Assembly: GCA_045863335.1 (NCBI GenBank)
Contig: BTVY01000019.1
Coordinates: 6,939-70,938 of the forward strand
Length of the DNA: 64,000 nt
Direction: 5' to 3'
Origin: Candidatus Hydrogenedentota bacterium
Lineage (GTDB): Bacteria; Hydrogenedentota; Hydrogenedentia; Hydrogenedentales; SLHB01
Positions 36,871 through 45,896 of the stretch are shown piece by piece. The notes beneath the pieces are model-generated. The model was not told where the DNA came from. It did not search any database and saw nothing but the letters and a program-made list of their open reading frames with translations. A program made the position numbers and the translations under genes. Numbering within the stretch: position 1 is the stretch's first letter; each line of letters begins with the position of its first letter.

Positions 36871-38378
36871 CAGGCCATTGCGGCGAGGGTCTCGCCGGTG
36901 GCCAACTGCATGATGCGCTCCTGCGTGGCTTCGTCGCGCGGCAGTTCGCCGGCCAGATGACCTTCGTGCATGACCAAAACCCGGTCGCACATGCCCAGCA
37001 CTTCGGGAAGTTCGCTCGAAATCATCAGGATGCACACGCCCTTCCGCACGAGATCGTTCATGAGCCGGTAGATCTCAACCTTCGCGCCCACGTCGATGCC
37101 CCGTGTGGGTTCGTCGAAGATGAGCACCTTTGATTCTGTGAAGAGCCACTTCGCGAGCACGACCTTCTGCTGATTGCCGCCGCTCAGGTTCTGTGCGGTC
37201 TGTTCGATCGACGGTGTTTTGATTTGCAGGTCCTGGACGTAGCTAAGGGTAACCAAGCGCTCGCGTTTCCGGTTGACAAACAGGCCGCGCACGAGCGACG
37301 CAAGATTGGCGAGGGTCGTGTTTTCGCGGACCGTCATGCCCAGGATCAGGCCCTGATTCTTGCGGTCCTCGGTCAAGAGGCCGATGCCGTGGTGAATCGC
37401 GTCCTGCGGCGAACGCACCGCGATCGATTTGCCATCGAGAACGATTTGCCCGCCGTCAATCCGATCGGCGCCAAATATGGCCCGTGCGACCTCCGTACGC
37501 CCGGCGCCCACGAGACCGGTCAGGCCGACGATCTCGCCACGGTGCAACGAGAAACTGACGTCTTGAAACGCACCGGTTCGCGTCAAGCCTTCGACGCGAA
37601 GCCGTTCTTCGCCGAGTTCGAAAAGCTCCTTGGGGAATTCGTGGGTGAGTTCGCGGCCCACCATCATCTTGATGATGTCTTCGCGGGTAACTTCCGAAAC
37701 GGGTTTGGTGGAGATGTACTCGCCGTCCCGCATGACGGTGACGCGATCGCCGATGGCGAAGATCTCCTCGAGCCGGTGGGAGATGTAGATCATTCCGATC
37801 CCTTGTTCCTTCAGCTCGCGAATCAGTGCGAACAGGGCGTCCAGCTCGTGATCCGTTAAGGTCGCCGACGGCTCATCCATCACGATGATTTTCGAGTTGA
37901 AGGAAAGCGCCTTGCCGATCTCGATCATCTGTTGCTGGGCAACGCTGCATTCGTTGACAGGTTTGCGCACGTCGAGGTTCACGCGAATGCGGCCCAGAAT
38001 CTCGCGCGCGTCCTGGTACATCTTCGACCAGTTGATGAAAGGCGTCTTGCCGAGACGCGGTTCCCGCCCCAGAAAAATGTTTTCCGCCACGCTGAGGAAG
38101 GGACTCAGGTTGAATTCCTGATAAATCATACTGATGCCCAACTGCTGGGCATGGTGTGGATTGTGAATGGAGATGGACTCACCGGAAAGAAGAATCTCGC
38201 CGGAATCCGCGGGTTGTGCGCCCGACAGGATCTTCATGAGTGTCGACTTGCCCGCGCCGTTCTCTCCGACGAGGCAATGCACTTCGCCGGGCCGCAGATT
38301 CAGTTGGCCGTTTTTCACCGCGACGACACCGGGAAACCGCTTCACGATGTCTTTCATCTCAAGTACGTATTCACTCAT
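36870..38378 (-). CDS. Sugar ABC transporter ATP-binding protein (duplicated ATPase, RbsA-like)
   Basis: 502-aa ORF with Walker A GENGAGKST, signature LSGGNQQKV and two nucleotide-binding domains. It overlaps the binding-protein gene by 4 nt. Confidence 0.9.
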   Translation of the reverse strand: MSEYVLEMKDIVKRFPGVVAVKNGQLNLRPGEVHCLVGENGAGKSTLMKILSGAQPADSGEILLSGESISIHNPHHAQQLGISMIYQEFNLSPFLSVAENIFLGREPRLGKTPFINWSKMYQDAREILGRIRVNLDVRKPVNECSVAQQQMIEIGKALSFNSKIIVMDEPSATLTDHELDALFALIRELKEQGIGMIYISHRLEEIFAIGDRVTVMRDGEYISTKPVSEVTREDIIKMMVGRELTHEFPKELFELGEERLRVEGLTRTGAFQDVSFSLHRGEIVGLTGLVGAGRTEVARAIFGADRIDGGQIVLDGKSIAVRSPQDAIHHGIGLLTEDRKNQGLILGMTVRENTTLANLASLVRGLFVNRKRERLVTLSYVQDLQIKTPSIEQTAQNLSGGNQQKVVLAKWLFTESKVLIFDEPTRGIDVGAKVEIYRLMNDLVRKGVCILMISSELPEVLGMCDRVLVMHEGHLAGELPRDEATQERIMQLATGETLAAMA

Positions 38379-39322
38379 CCGTTCTGCTCCGCCAGGAGGC
38401 TCTCCCGGTCGATGACGTTTACCTGCACGGGGATAACTTTGGGTACTTCCTCGCCCGCGAAGTGGGCCGCGATGGTTTCGATCGTTGTCTTGCCGATTTC
38501 AACAGGATGCTGGACCGTGTCGGCCTTCAAGGCCTTGCCCGCCAGGATCGTCTCCCGGGCTTCGGGCGTGCCGTCATATCCCACGATGACGACTTTGTCC
38601 TGCAGTCCCGCAGACTCCAGCGCCGCCAGCGCGCCCAGCGCCGAATCGTCGTTAATGCCGAAGATGGCGTCTAGGTCGGGATTGGCCTGAATGACATCCA
38701 TCGCGGCGCGCATGGCTTTGTCTCGCACACCCCCGCCGGGGGCCCGCTGCACGATTTCGATTTCCGGATACTTGGCCAGGGCCTCATCAAATCCTGCGAC
38801 GCGTTCCTGCACGGATGCCGTTTCGGGCTGGTCGATGATGGCGACCTTGCCTTTTCCGTTCAGCAGTTTGGCCAGGTATTCGCCGATAAGGCGGCCACCC
38901 TGCACGTTGTCGGAGGCGATGTGAGACACGACGTCCACGCCGTGTGCGGCGATATCGACCGTGAAAACCGGAACTCCCGCCGCCTGTACGTCCTGGATGG
39001 CGGGCGCGATGCCCGCAGAGTCTTTCGGGGCCACAATGACGGCGTCCACGCCCTGCTGCACAAAGGTCTCGAGTTGGTTGACCTGTTTCGGCCCGTTGAA
39101 CTCGGCGTATTGAATCCGGAGCGTGATGCCTTTCTCAGCCGCCGTTTCCTCCATCGCGCCGACAAGATCCCGATAGAATTGGTGGCTTTGGGTCAATAGC
39201 GAGGCTCCGACGATCTTGTTCGCCGGTTTTTGCGGATCGGCGGTAGCGGACGGGGTGGTACCTTCTGGACTGCAGCCAAGCGTGGCGGCGGCTGCGGCAA
39301 GTATCAACAGACTTCGGATCAT
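38375..39322 (-). CDS. Sugar ABC transporter substrate-binding lipoprotein (PBP type I, RbsB-like)
   Basis: 315-aa ORF with lipobox …AATLGCSPEG and a typical periplasmic-binding fold sequence (…VDAVIVAPKDSAG…). Confidence 0.85.
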   Translation of the reverse strand: MIRSLLILAAAAATLGCSPEGTTPSATADPQKPANKIVGASLLTQSHQFYRDLVGAMEETAAEKGITLRIQYAEFNGPKQVNQLETFVQQGVDAVIVAPKDSAGIAPAIQDVQAAGVPVFTVDIAAHGVDVVSHIASDNVQGGRLIGEYLAKLLNGKGKVAIIDQPETASVQERVAGFDEALAKYPEIEIVQRAPGGGVRDKAMRAAMDVIQANPDLDAIFGINDDSALGALAALESAGLQDKVVIVGYDGTPEARETILAGKALKADTVQHPVEIGKTTIETIAAHFAGEEVPKVIPVQVNVIDRESLLAEQNG

Positions 39323-39627
39323 CTTGGCGGCTCCTCCCAGTAAGCGTGTACTCTACTGCTTCCGCACGTATCGTGCAACCTGCCGTGCAGATCTGTAGAG
39401 CAATCGCATGGGCCGGAATTGAGCGCTACAACCAAGCGACGAATCTGTTTCATGTCATTTGGTCCTCAGAAGATGCGTAACGCCGCCCGAATTCGCTTGT
39501 ATCGTCTGGTGGAGTGACCGGGCGGAGTACCAGGGGCGTACCACCCTCCATCTTCCCCGTCCACCCGAGGACCTGGCATTGGCAGGTACCGATGCATTTG
39601 AGAGTACCAAAAAGGAGGAAAGAAACG

Positions 39628-39768
39628 ATGCTTCCAGAACAATTGTGCGACATTTTGGCCCAGATTTTTGGCGCCCTCGCGGGCATTCCGGTTATCGGCG
39701 GCGTGTTCGAGCGTCTGCTGGGGATCCTGGACGAGTTCTGCCCGCCCGAAGAAGAGGCCGCAGGCTAG
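39628..39768 (+). CDS. Small hydrophobic/acidic peptide, 46 aa (unannotated by length-filtered ORF logic)
   Basis: AAAGGAGG (39611-39618) lies 9 nt before ATG 39628. The product is MLPEQLCDILAQIFGALAGIPVIGGVFERLLGILDEFCPPEEEAAG. A strong terminator follows directly. Confidence 0.55.
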   Translation: MLPEQLCDILAQIFGALAGIPVIGGVFERLLGILDEFCPPEEEAAG

Positions 39769-39790
39769 TCGCTGCCGAATGCTGTACGAC

Positions 39791-39830
39791 GCGGAGTAGG
39801 CTCAACCGCCTGCTCCGCGTCCCTTTTGTT
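39791..39830 (+). terminator. Rho-independent terminator after the small peptide gene
   Basis: An 11-bp stem GCGGAGTAGGC/GCCTGCTCCGC (one G-U) has a 6-nt loop and is followed by GTCCCTTTTGTT. Confidence 0.75.
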
Positions 39831-39864
39831 GCGCCGGTCGAACGGTGACGCGTACGATGCCCGC

Positions 39865-40503
39865 GTGAAAGCACTCCCAACAGCAGGTCGTTGTGCTAGC
39901 GCCTTCGCGATCTGGCTCGCCATCGCCTTTAGTCTTGGCTGGTACTACACGTTTACTTACTATGGCCGATCCGGTTGGCCCATGCCGATGCCGGAACCCT
40001 GCGCCGCGCTCGTCCTGTATTACTTTTCCGTTCTCAATGTCGACACCGAACTACAAGCGATTCACTGGCTGGGCGTATTTCCGCTCGCCGGTTTCTTGTG
40101 GTCTGTCGCGTTGGTCGGCACTGCTCGGCGCGTGCTCCCTGGCGCACTTCCAGACTGGTCACAGGTCATGTACCGGTTGTCTTTGCCGGCAGTCTTTTTG
40201 GCTCTTCCCGGTCCCTGGATGGCGTGGATTGCGGGAACCCGGAATGGCGAATTCACCTGGGATCGGATGATCGCGGTAGCGTTGCGGCGCGGCTTCGTCG
40301 ATCCCTGGCCGTGGTTGACGCCCATGTACGTTGGGTTGGGCCTGTTTGCGTTCGCGGTTCAAATCGCAATCTATTGCAGGCTCTTCCGCGGGACCGCGCG
40401 ACAGCTTTGGGTTATTTATCCGTTGGCCATGATCGTGCTGGTTCTTGTTTCGAGCGTCTTGGCGGCGATGGCGGCGATTCCGTTGCGCTGGTTACTCGAG
40501 TAA
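39865..40503 (+). CDS. Hypothetical polytopic membrane protein
   Basis: Open frame 39826-40503. The TTG at 39826 lies inside the terminator U-tract, so GTG 39865 is preferred. It has about 6 TM helices and no recognised family. Confidence 0.6.
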   Translation: MKALPTAGRCASAFAIWLAIAFSLGWYYTFTYYGRSGWPMPMPEPCAALVLYYFSVLNVDTELQAIHWLGVFPLAGFLWSVALVGTARRVLPGALPDWSQVMYRLSLPAVFLALPGPWMAWIAGTRNGEFTWDRMIAVALRRGFVDPWPWLTPMYVGLGLFAFAVQIAIYCRLFRGTARQLWVIYPLAMIVLVLVSSVLAAMAAIPLRWLLE

Positions 40504-40528
40504 GACCAGAGGAAAAGAACTCAATACG

Positions 40529-40921
40529 ATGCTCGTGGCGCTCGACTACTTTTTCCTGGTTCTGCACACCGGACTGATCTTCTTCAATCTGTTCGGGTGG
40601 GTGTGGCGCCGTGCGCGCCCGTTCCATCTGGCTTGCGCGACGCTGACGCTGGGTTCCTGGATCGTGCTGGGGTTTTGGTACGGGTTCGGATATTGTCCGC
40701 TCACGGAATGGCATTGGTGCGTGCGCGAAGGCTTGGGGGATTCGGAACTGCCCTACTCGTATCTCAAATTCCTCTTCGACAGATTAACAGGGCTGGACGT
40801 AAACGCCCGCCTTGTAGATGCCGCGGCGGTGGCGTCTATGGCGGTCGTCTTTCCGCTGTCGATCGCACTCAACATTCGCGACTTCCGCCGTCGTAGAGCC
40901 TCAAGATACAACCCCGTATAG
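40529..40921 (+). CDS. DUF2784-like membrane protein
   Basis: ATG 40529 gives MLVALDYFFLVLHTGLIFFNLFGW…GYCPLTEWHW…. The family assignment is from memory of the conserved CPLT motif. Confidence 0.65.
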   Translation: MLVALDYFFLVLHTGLIFFNLFGWVWRRARPFHLACATLTLGSWIVLGFWYGFGYCPLTEWHWCVREGLGDSELPYSYLKFLFDRLTGLDVNARLVDAAAVASMAVVFPLSIALNIRDFRRRRASRYNPV

Positions 40922-41006
40922 TTCGTCGCGCGGCTCGGGTTTTCTCGCGGCCTTCTCGTCCGGTACACTATGCGGAACTGTCTTGGAAAGGAGTCTCCGC
41001 AATTCT

Positions 41007-41603
41007 ATGAACGCACTCACACGGGCGTATCGCAATTGGGTCCATGCACGGAAGTTCGCGAAACTGGGTAAAGGATGCCGGTTCCTCGGTCGCGACCTGG
41101 AACTGGCGGGTCACGTGGAACTGGGGGATTTCTGCCGGGTTCGCGAGGCCGTGAAGCTGCGCGCGAGTGAGAACGCGAAGATAATCATCGGCAGCCGTTG
41201 CCTGTTAAGTTGGAACGTGATCATCGAAGCCGGCGAGTTGGTGGAGATTCACGATCAGGTTGGGCTCGCGGAATACTCGATCATTCGCGATGGCACCCAC
41301 CTCATTTACGGCACCGAGGCGAATTGGCGATACACGCCCAATTACTACACGCCCGTGATCATCGAGGAGAGCGCCTGGATCGGCAGCGGCGCCTATATCT
41401 CGAAGGGGGTCCGTATCGGAAAGGGCGCCGTCATCGGCGTCGGCAGCGTGGTCACGCGGGATGTCCCGCCGTTCGAAGTGTGGGTGGGCGCGCCGGCGCG
41501 CTTTCTTCGCCACCGGATAGATGATTTGCCCGCGGAGTTGGACGACCTGGCCAAGCGCCTCTTGCAGGAGCAGGGGATAAAGCAGGATCGCCGGGAGTTC
41601 TAG
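41007..41603 (+). CDS. Left-handed beta-helix (hexapeptide-repeat) acyl/acetyltransferase
   Basis: ATG 41007 (MNALTRAYRNW…). The hexapeptide region is …EESAWIGSGAYISKGVRIGKGAVIGVGSVVTRDVPPFEVWVGAPARF. Confidence 0.85.
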   Translation: MNALTRAYRNWVHARKFAKLGKGCRFLGRDLELAGHVELGDFCRVREAVKLRASENAKIIIGSRCLLSWNVIIEAGELVEIHDQVGLAEYSIIRDGTHLIYGTEANWRYTPNYYTPVIIEESAWIGSGAYISKGVRIGKGAVIGVGSVVTRDVPPFEVWVGAPARFLRHRIDDLPAELDDLAKRLLQEQGIKQDRREF

Positions 41604-41605
41604 GG

Positions 41606-42331
41606 ATGGTTCTGCTCCAGGCAATTACGTTCGACTTTTGGCGCACGCTTTTCCACGATCCCGAGCCGCCGGTTCGCCGCAGGGAGATCCGCGCAGAGGC
41701 CCTGGCGCACGCGACAGGCGTGTCGATGGAACGGGCCGTCGAGGCGCTCCTGCACGCGGAGCGCGAGTTTCTGGAGCATCATATTCGCGAACAGCGTACG
41801 CTCGGTCCGCATGATGCGCTCGAAATGGTGTCCGCGTATCTTCACGTGTCCATTGCCGCGCACCAGGAGCGTGAACTCATTCGTGTGTTCGGCGAGGCGA
41901 TCCTCGAGGATTCGCCCATTCCCATCCCGGGCGCGTTGGAGGCCGTCGAAGCGGCGGCGGCGCGCTACCCAGTGGGCGTCGTATCCGATTCGGGGATAAG
42001 TCCGGGCAGTTCCTTGCGCCAACTGTTGCACCGGCATGGATTCACGAAGCACTTTCGTGTGCTGGCGTTTTCGGATGAAGTGGGTGTTGCGAAACCGCAG
42101 GCGCTCATGTTTCAAACGGCGGCGGAAGGGCTCGAGGTCGAGCCGCAGGGTCTGCTGCACATCGGCGATCTGGAAATGACGGATATCGCCGGCGCAAAGC
42201 GAATCGGCGCGCGCGCGGCGTTGTTCGCGGGGGACAATCGCCGCTATCTCGGCAACACGACGGCGGACTACACCTTTACGGAGTGGCGCGAATTCGTGGA
42301 GTTGCTCCCACGCCTTTCGATGACGAACTAA
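41606..42331 (+). CDS. HAD-superfamily hydrolase (COG1011-like)
   Basis: 241-aa ORF. Motif I variant is ITFDFWRTLF. The C-terminal motif is …HIGDLEMTDIAGAKRIG…. It begins 3 nt after the previous stop. Confidence 0.8.
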   Translation: MVLLQAITFDFWRTLFHDPEPPVRRREIRAEALAHATGVSMERAVEALLHAEREFLEHHIREQRTLGPHDALEMVSAYLHVSIAAHQERELIRVFGEAILEDSPIPIPGALEAVEAAAARYPVGVVSDSGISPGSSLRQLLHRHGFTKHFRVLAFSDEVGVAKPQALMFQTAAEGLEVEPQGLLHIGDLEMTDIAGAKRIGARAALFAGDNRRYLGNTTADYTFTEWREFVELLPRLSMTN

Positions 42332-43035
42332 ACGTATTCGTCGGAAAGGAGCCAGGGAGCTTCCAGGTTGGCTTCGTCAAGTTTTTCGGCAAGGTCGGTC
42401 ATGGAGTACGGAACGTGGTTGAACTGGACCGACCACGGACTGCCTTCGGTGCTGATAGTCGCGTAGCATGCCGTAGGCTTTTCCCCATCCCACAGGCCGG
42501 CGCAACCGGGATTGACAAACAACGTGTCATCCACTAAACGCCAGAAGGGTTGACGTCCTCCACCAAGGATCACGATGTGGACGTTGGCGTACTCGCGCTG
42601 CCGCCGGAACCGGTGTTCGTCGTCTTCGGCGCGCAAGCGCTCGGACTGGGTCGCGGGCGTCCCGTGACAGAGGCAGACGGACAGGCCTTCCACCGTGAAC
42701 ACTTTCTTCTTGGGCAAGGTGCCCAAGTACTCCAGGTTTCGGCTGAACGTCGCTTGATGTGTCCACTCGGTCGCTTCGAATACGGCGGGGTCGACGCGCG
42801 ATTTTAAACTCTCGCCTTTACGCCGGGAGCGCACCGCCAAGCGGTCGAGTTCTCCCTGGACCGTCTGCACGCGTTTCGACTGGATCCGCTGCACGACTTC
42901 GTTGGCCCAGGGATACCCCACAACGAGATTGCCGGCAATTGCGATCGTCTGAATACCGGCGTCCTCGATCTCCTTGAGAACGGCGTTTAAGGCAGGAAGG
43001 TTGCCCGAAATGCCCCCGAATGCGGCCATCAACAC
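42328..43035 (-). CDS. Metallophosphoesterase-fold (YfcE/MJ0936-like) protein with apparently degenerate metal-ligand motifs
   Basis: 235-aa ORF whose order of blocks resembles Metallophos_2. The blocks read FGGISGN, IAGNLV, VQGELD, LCHGTP, ILGGGRQ instead of D-H, GD, GN-D, H, GHTH. The alignment was made by eye. Confidence 0.65.
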   Translation of the reverse strand: MLMAAFGGISGNLPALNAVLKEIEDAGIQTIAIAGNLVVGYPWANEVVQRIQSKRVQTVQGELDRLAVRSRRKGESLKSRVDPAVFEATEWTHQATFSRNLEYLGTLPKKKVFTVEGLSVCLCHGTPATQSERLRAEDDEHRFRRQREYANVHIVILGGGRQPFWRLVDDTLFVNPGCAGLWDGEKPTACYATISTEGSPWSVQFNHVPYSMTDLAEKLDEANLEAPWLLSDEYV

Positions 43036-43264
43036 CGCGAGATCCTCTCCACATCACTTCGCCGAAGGACCCCATGTCCCCGGTCGTGCTTGCCAATTGG
43101 TCACTATACAGGCGCGCCGGAGAGGGGTCAACGGTATCGATAAATCATTTTATTGCAATTGTTTGCGCGAGTGTGCGGATCGGTGTGTGTTCTCCTGCCA
43201 CATCTTGGCCTTTAAAATCAAGGGTTTCGTGTACCCAATTTCATTTTAGGCCCAAAAATAGGGC

Positions 43265-43293
43265 TTGACAAAAGCCTCGTTAGTTTGTAAACA
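43265..43293 (+). promoter_or_regulatory. Candidate sigma70-type promoter for the HU gene
   Basis: TTGACA (43265-43270), a 17-nt spacer, then TAAACA (43288-43293). An AT-rich tract lies upstream (43130-43260). Confidence 0.4.
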
Positions 43294-43431
43294 GACGCCG
43301 AGTCGGGTGGGGTCCCAGCCACCAGGGAAACGCGGAACCTCGAGTGCGGGACGCGCCTCTTGCGCGGATCGGTGTGGCGACGGTTCTAGTGAGGCGAAAT
43401 TACTGGGATAGACTATGCGAGGAGGCTAACC

Positions 43432-43725
43432 ATGGCAGCAAAGAAACCGATGACGAAAGCGCAGATCGTAGGATCGCTGGCCGACAAGACCGGCCTGAGC
43501 AAGAAGGACGTGGGGAACGTGCTCGCCGAGCTGACCAATCTTGCCTACAAAGAGGCAAAGACCGGTTTCACGATTCCGGGTCTTGGCAAGCTGGTCGTCG
43601 TGAATCGCAAGGCGCGCATGGGCCGCAATCCGGCCACCGGCGAATCCATCAAGATTCCGGCCAAGCGCGTGTTGAAGTTCCGCATCGCGAAAGCCGCGAA
43701 GGATGCGATCGCGCCCGCGAAGTAA
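43432..43725 (+). CDS. hup: HU/IHF-family nucleoid-associated DNA-binding protein
   Basis: 97-aa ORF with GAGGAGG upstream. The sequence is …GFTIPGLGKLVVVNRKARMGRNPATGESIKIPAKRVLKFR…, with the characteristic beta-arm motif RNPxTGE. Confidence 0.95.
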   Translation: MAAKKPMTKAQIVGSLADKTGLSKKDVGNVLAELTNLAYKEAKTGFTIPGLGKLVVVNRKARMGRNPATGESIKIPAKRVLKFRIAKAAKDAIAPAK

Positions 43726-43750
43726 TTTCGCGCACGCTGCTCCAATTGGT

Positions 43751-43779
43751 GGCCCGGGTTTTTATCCGGGCCTTTTTTC
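43751..43779 (+). terminator. Rho-independent terminator after hup
   Basis: GGCCCGG-gtttttat-CCGGGCC is followed by TTTTTT (43773-43778). Confidence 0.85.
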
Positions 43780-43867
43780 TTTGCTCCGCGCGTGACCGGC
43801 ATGCGGTGCTGCGCTATACTCCGGTCTCGCGCTGCGGCGGCGTGTTCGGTGCTCAACTTCAAAAGGG

Positions 43868-45890
43868 GATGCCTGTGCCACGTGGAGTGCATATCCTGCT
43901 TGCGGCTGCGATCATCGCTGGGCTGGCAATGTTGCTCACTGCGCGATCGCTGCAAAGCGGGTTCGCCACGGACGATCATTTTGCGCGCGCGACATTCAAT
44001 GGGTTCCCAGGCATCCCTGAGTACGAGAACGACGCCTTCAACGCATTCCTTTTTTCCCGCGGCGACCCGGAGCAGAATCGGGCATTGATGAATCGGGGCG
44101 TCTTCCCCTGGTGGACCGTGCCGGCGGCGCGGCTGGCCTTCTGGCGGCCTATGGCGACGTGGTCGCATTATTTCGATTACCGCGTGTGGGGTGACAATCC
44201 CTGGCCCATGCATCTGGAGAACATGCTGCTGTACGGGCTGGTCTGCCTTTTCGCGGCATTGCTGTACTGGCGGCTCATGGAGCCTCCCTGGGTGGCATTC
44301 TTCGCCGCGCTCCTGTTCACCATCGATGAAAACAATGGCCACGCCGTGGGTTGGCTGGCCAACCGGAACATGCTGATGGCGGCCGCCTGCGTGATCCTGA
44401 TCCTGCTCATTCATGACGGCTGGCGCCGGTCGGGCATGAAATCGTGCGCGGTGCTGGGTCCGCTCGTACTGGCTTTCGGTTTCCTGTGCGCGGAAGCCGT
44501 GATCGCAGTGGGCGGTTACCTGCTCGCCTACGCCTTGTTTCTCGACAAGGGCAAGTGGCCACACCGATTGATAACGCTCCTGCCGTATGGCGTCGTCGTT
44601 ATCATATGGAATGTCTTTTACCGGAGTTCGGGGTTTGGCTCCGCCGGTTCCGGATGGTATACGGACCCCGCCAGCAATCCGGTCGGGTTTTTAGGAGCGC
44701 TTTCGCAACACCTGCCGATCCTGCTGGCCGATCTTTTTCTCATGTGGCCGTCGCCGCTTCTGAACCAATTCAACGCCGCGCAGTTCCCCTATATCGTCGC
44801 GTTGCTGGGTTTGGTCGTCGTCGGAATTCTGTTGCTGCTAGTGCCCATGCTCAAGCGCGATCCCGTTTCGCGATTCTGGCTGCTCGGGCTTGTGCTGGCG
44901 CTCGTACCGGTCTGCGCGGTGACGCCGCAACCGCGCGTCGTTCTGATCGCGGGCATCGGTTGTGCGCCGTTGATAGCGCGCTTCCTTACGGCCTGGGCGA
45001 CGCCGCGCCAATGGCTCGGGTTTGCAGGCGTCCTCGCCGTTCTTGGTCTCATCGCCGTCACAGTCGGCATCCCAACCCTGTCCTTTTACACGCAAGCGGC
45101 GCTGATCGCGACGACTCTACTTGTCATCGCCGTGCTGCTGCGGTTCGCGACGGCGCGGGCGGAGTGGATGCCCCACTCCAAGGCGTGGCGCATTCCCGCG
45201 GCGGTGCTTGCGTTCTTGTGGGTTATCTTTCACGGGATCGCGGCGCCCATCGCCATGCCGGGATCGAGCATGCTGCTGGGCGTCTCGGCGAAAAAGATGG
45301 AACGCGCCTACGCGGCCATTCCGTCCGCTCCAGAAGTGGCGGACCGCACGGTCGTGTTGCTGCGTGCGCCGACGGATTTCATGCCGTGGCATTTCGCGTT
45401 GATCCGCGCATCGCTGAATATCCCCTACCCGGGGCGCATGCGCGTGCTGTCGTCGGGCAATCGCAGCGTAAGGGTCGAACGCGTGGACGAACGCACGCTG
45501 CGCCTGAGCGCCGACCCCAACCTGATTGGGAACGCGTCCACGAGCGTGTTTCGCGCGCCGACGGTCCCGATGCACCCGGGAGACATCGTGGAACTCGATG
45601 GGATGACCGTGACGGTGCTTGCTGTGGACGGCAAGGGGATGCCCGCCGCCGCGGAATACCGCTTCGACCTGCCCTTGGATCACACAAGTGTGGACGTGAT
45701 CACCGTCGCGGACGTCCCGTACAAGCTGGTGAATATCAACCGGTACATTCAAACGGAGACGTACGTGCCGATTTCTTTGCCGGCGGAGGGAAGCTCTGCC
45801 CAACTGGAAGAATTGGTAGAACAGAGCGCCGTGTATCAGGAACTCAATACGCGCGACGCCGCGGACGATACACGCGCATCAGAATCCTGA
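43868..45890 (+). CDS. Large polytopic membrane protein (GT-C-like?) with soluble C-terminal domain
   Basis: ATG 43868 follows AAAGGGGA (MPVPRGVHILLAAAIIAGLAML…). The 848-aa track ORF starting at 43344 would run through hup and its terminator and is rejected upstream of 43868. Confidence 0.75.
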
Positions 45891-45896
45891 GGGATC

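Noticed and set aside
39574-39596. Sigma-54-like element TGGCAG-N-TGCA upstream of the small peptide gene
   Set aside because: The GG-to-GC spacing is one nucleotide longer than the strict -24/-12 spacing (12 instead of 11 between the conserved G positions), and the -12 element reads ATGCA rather than TTGCA. No enhancer-binding protein gene is nearby.
43344-43867. N-terminal 175 codons of the 848-aa track ORF 43344-45890
   Set aside because: This part overlaps the hup gene in another frame and reads through hup's intrinsic terminator. A good SD+ATG at 43868 begins the hydrophobic protein proper.
43545-44564. 339-aa minus-strand ORF. The same reasoning applies to 45117-45803, 46599-47528, 48659-49972, 51204-52034, 52105-52830, 53015-53794, 53819-54655, 54924-55859, 55911-56648, 56816-57547, 59604-60419 and 61929-62882.
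   Set aside because: Each is antisense to or out of frame with a gene that has strong family motifs. The compositions are dominated by Arg/His/Gly/Pro, as expected from reverse frames of GC-rich coding DNA.
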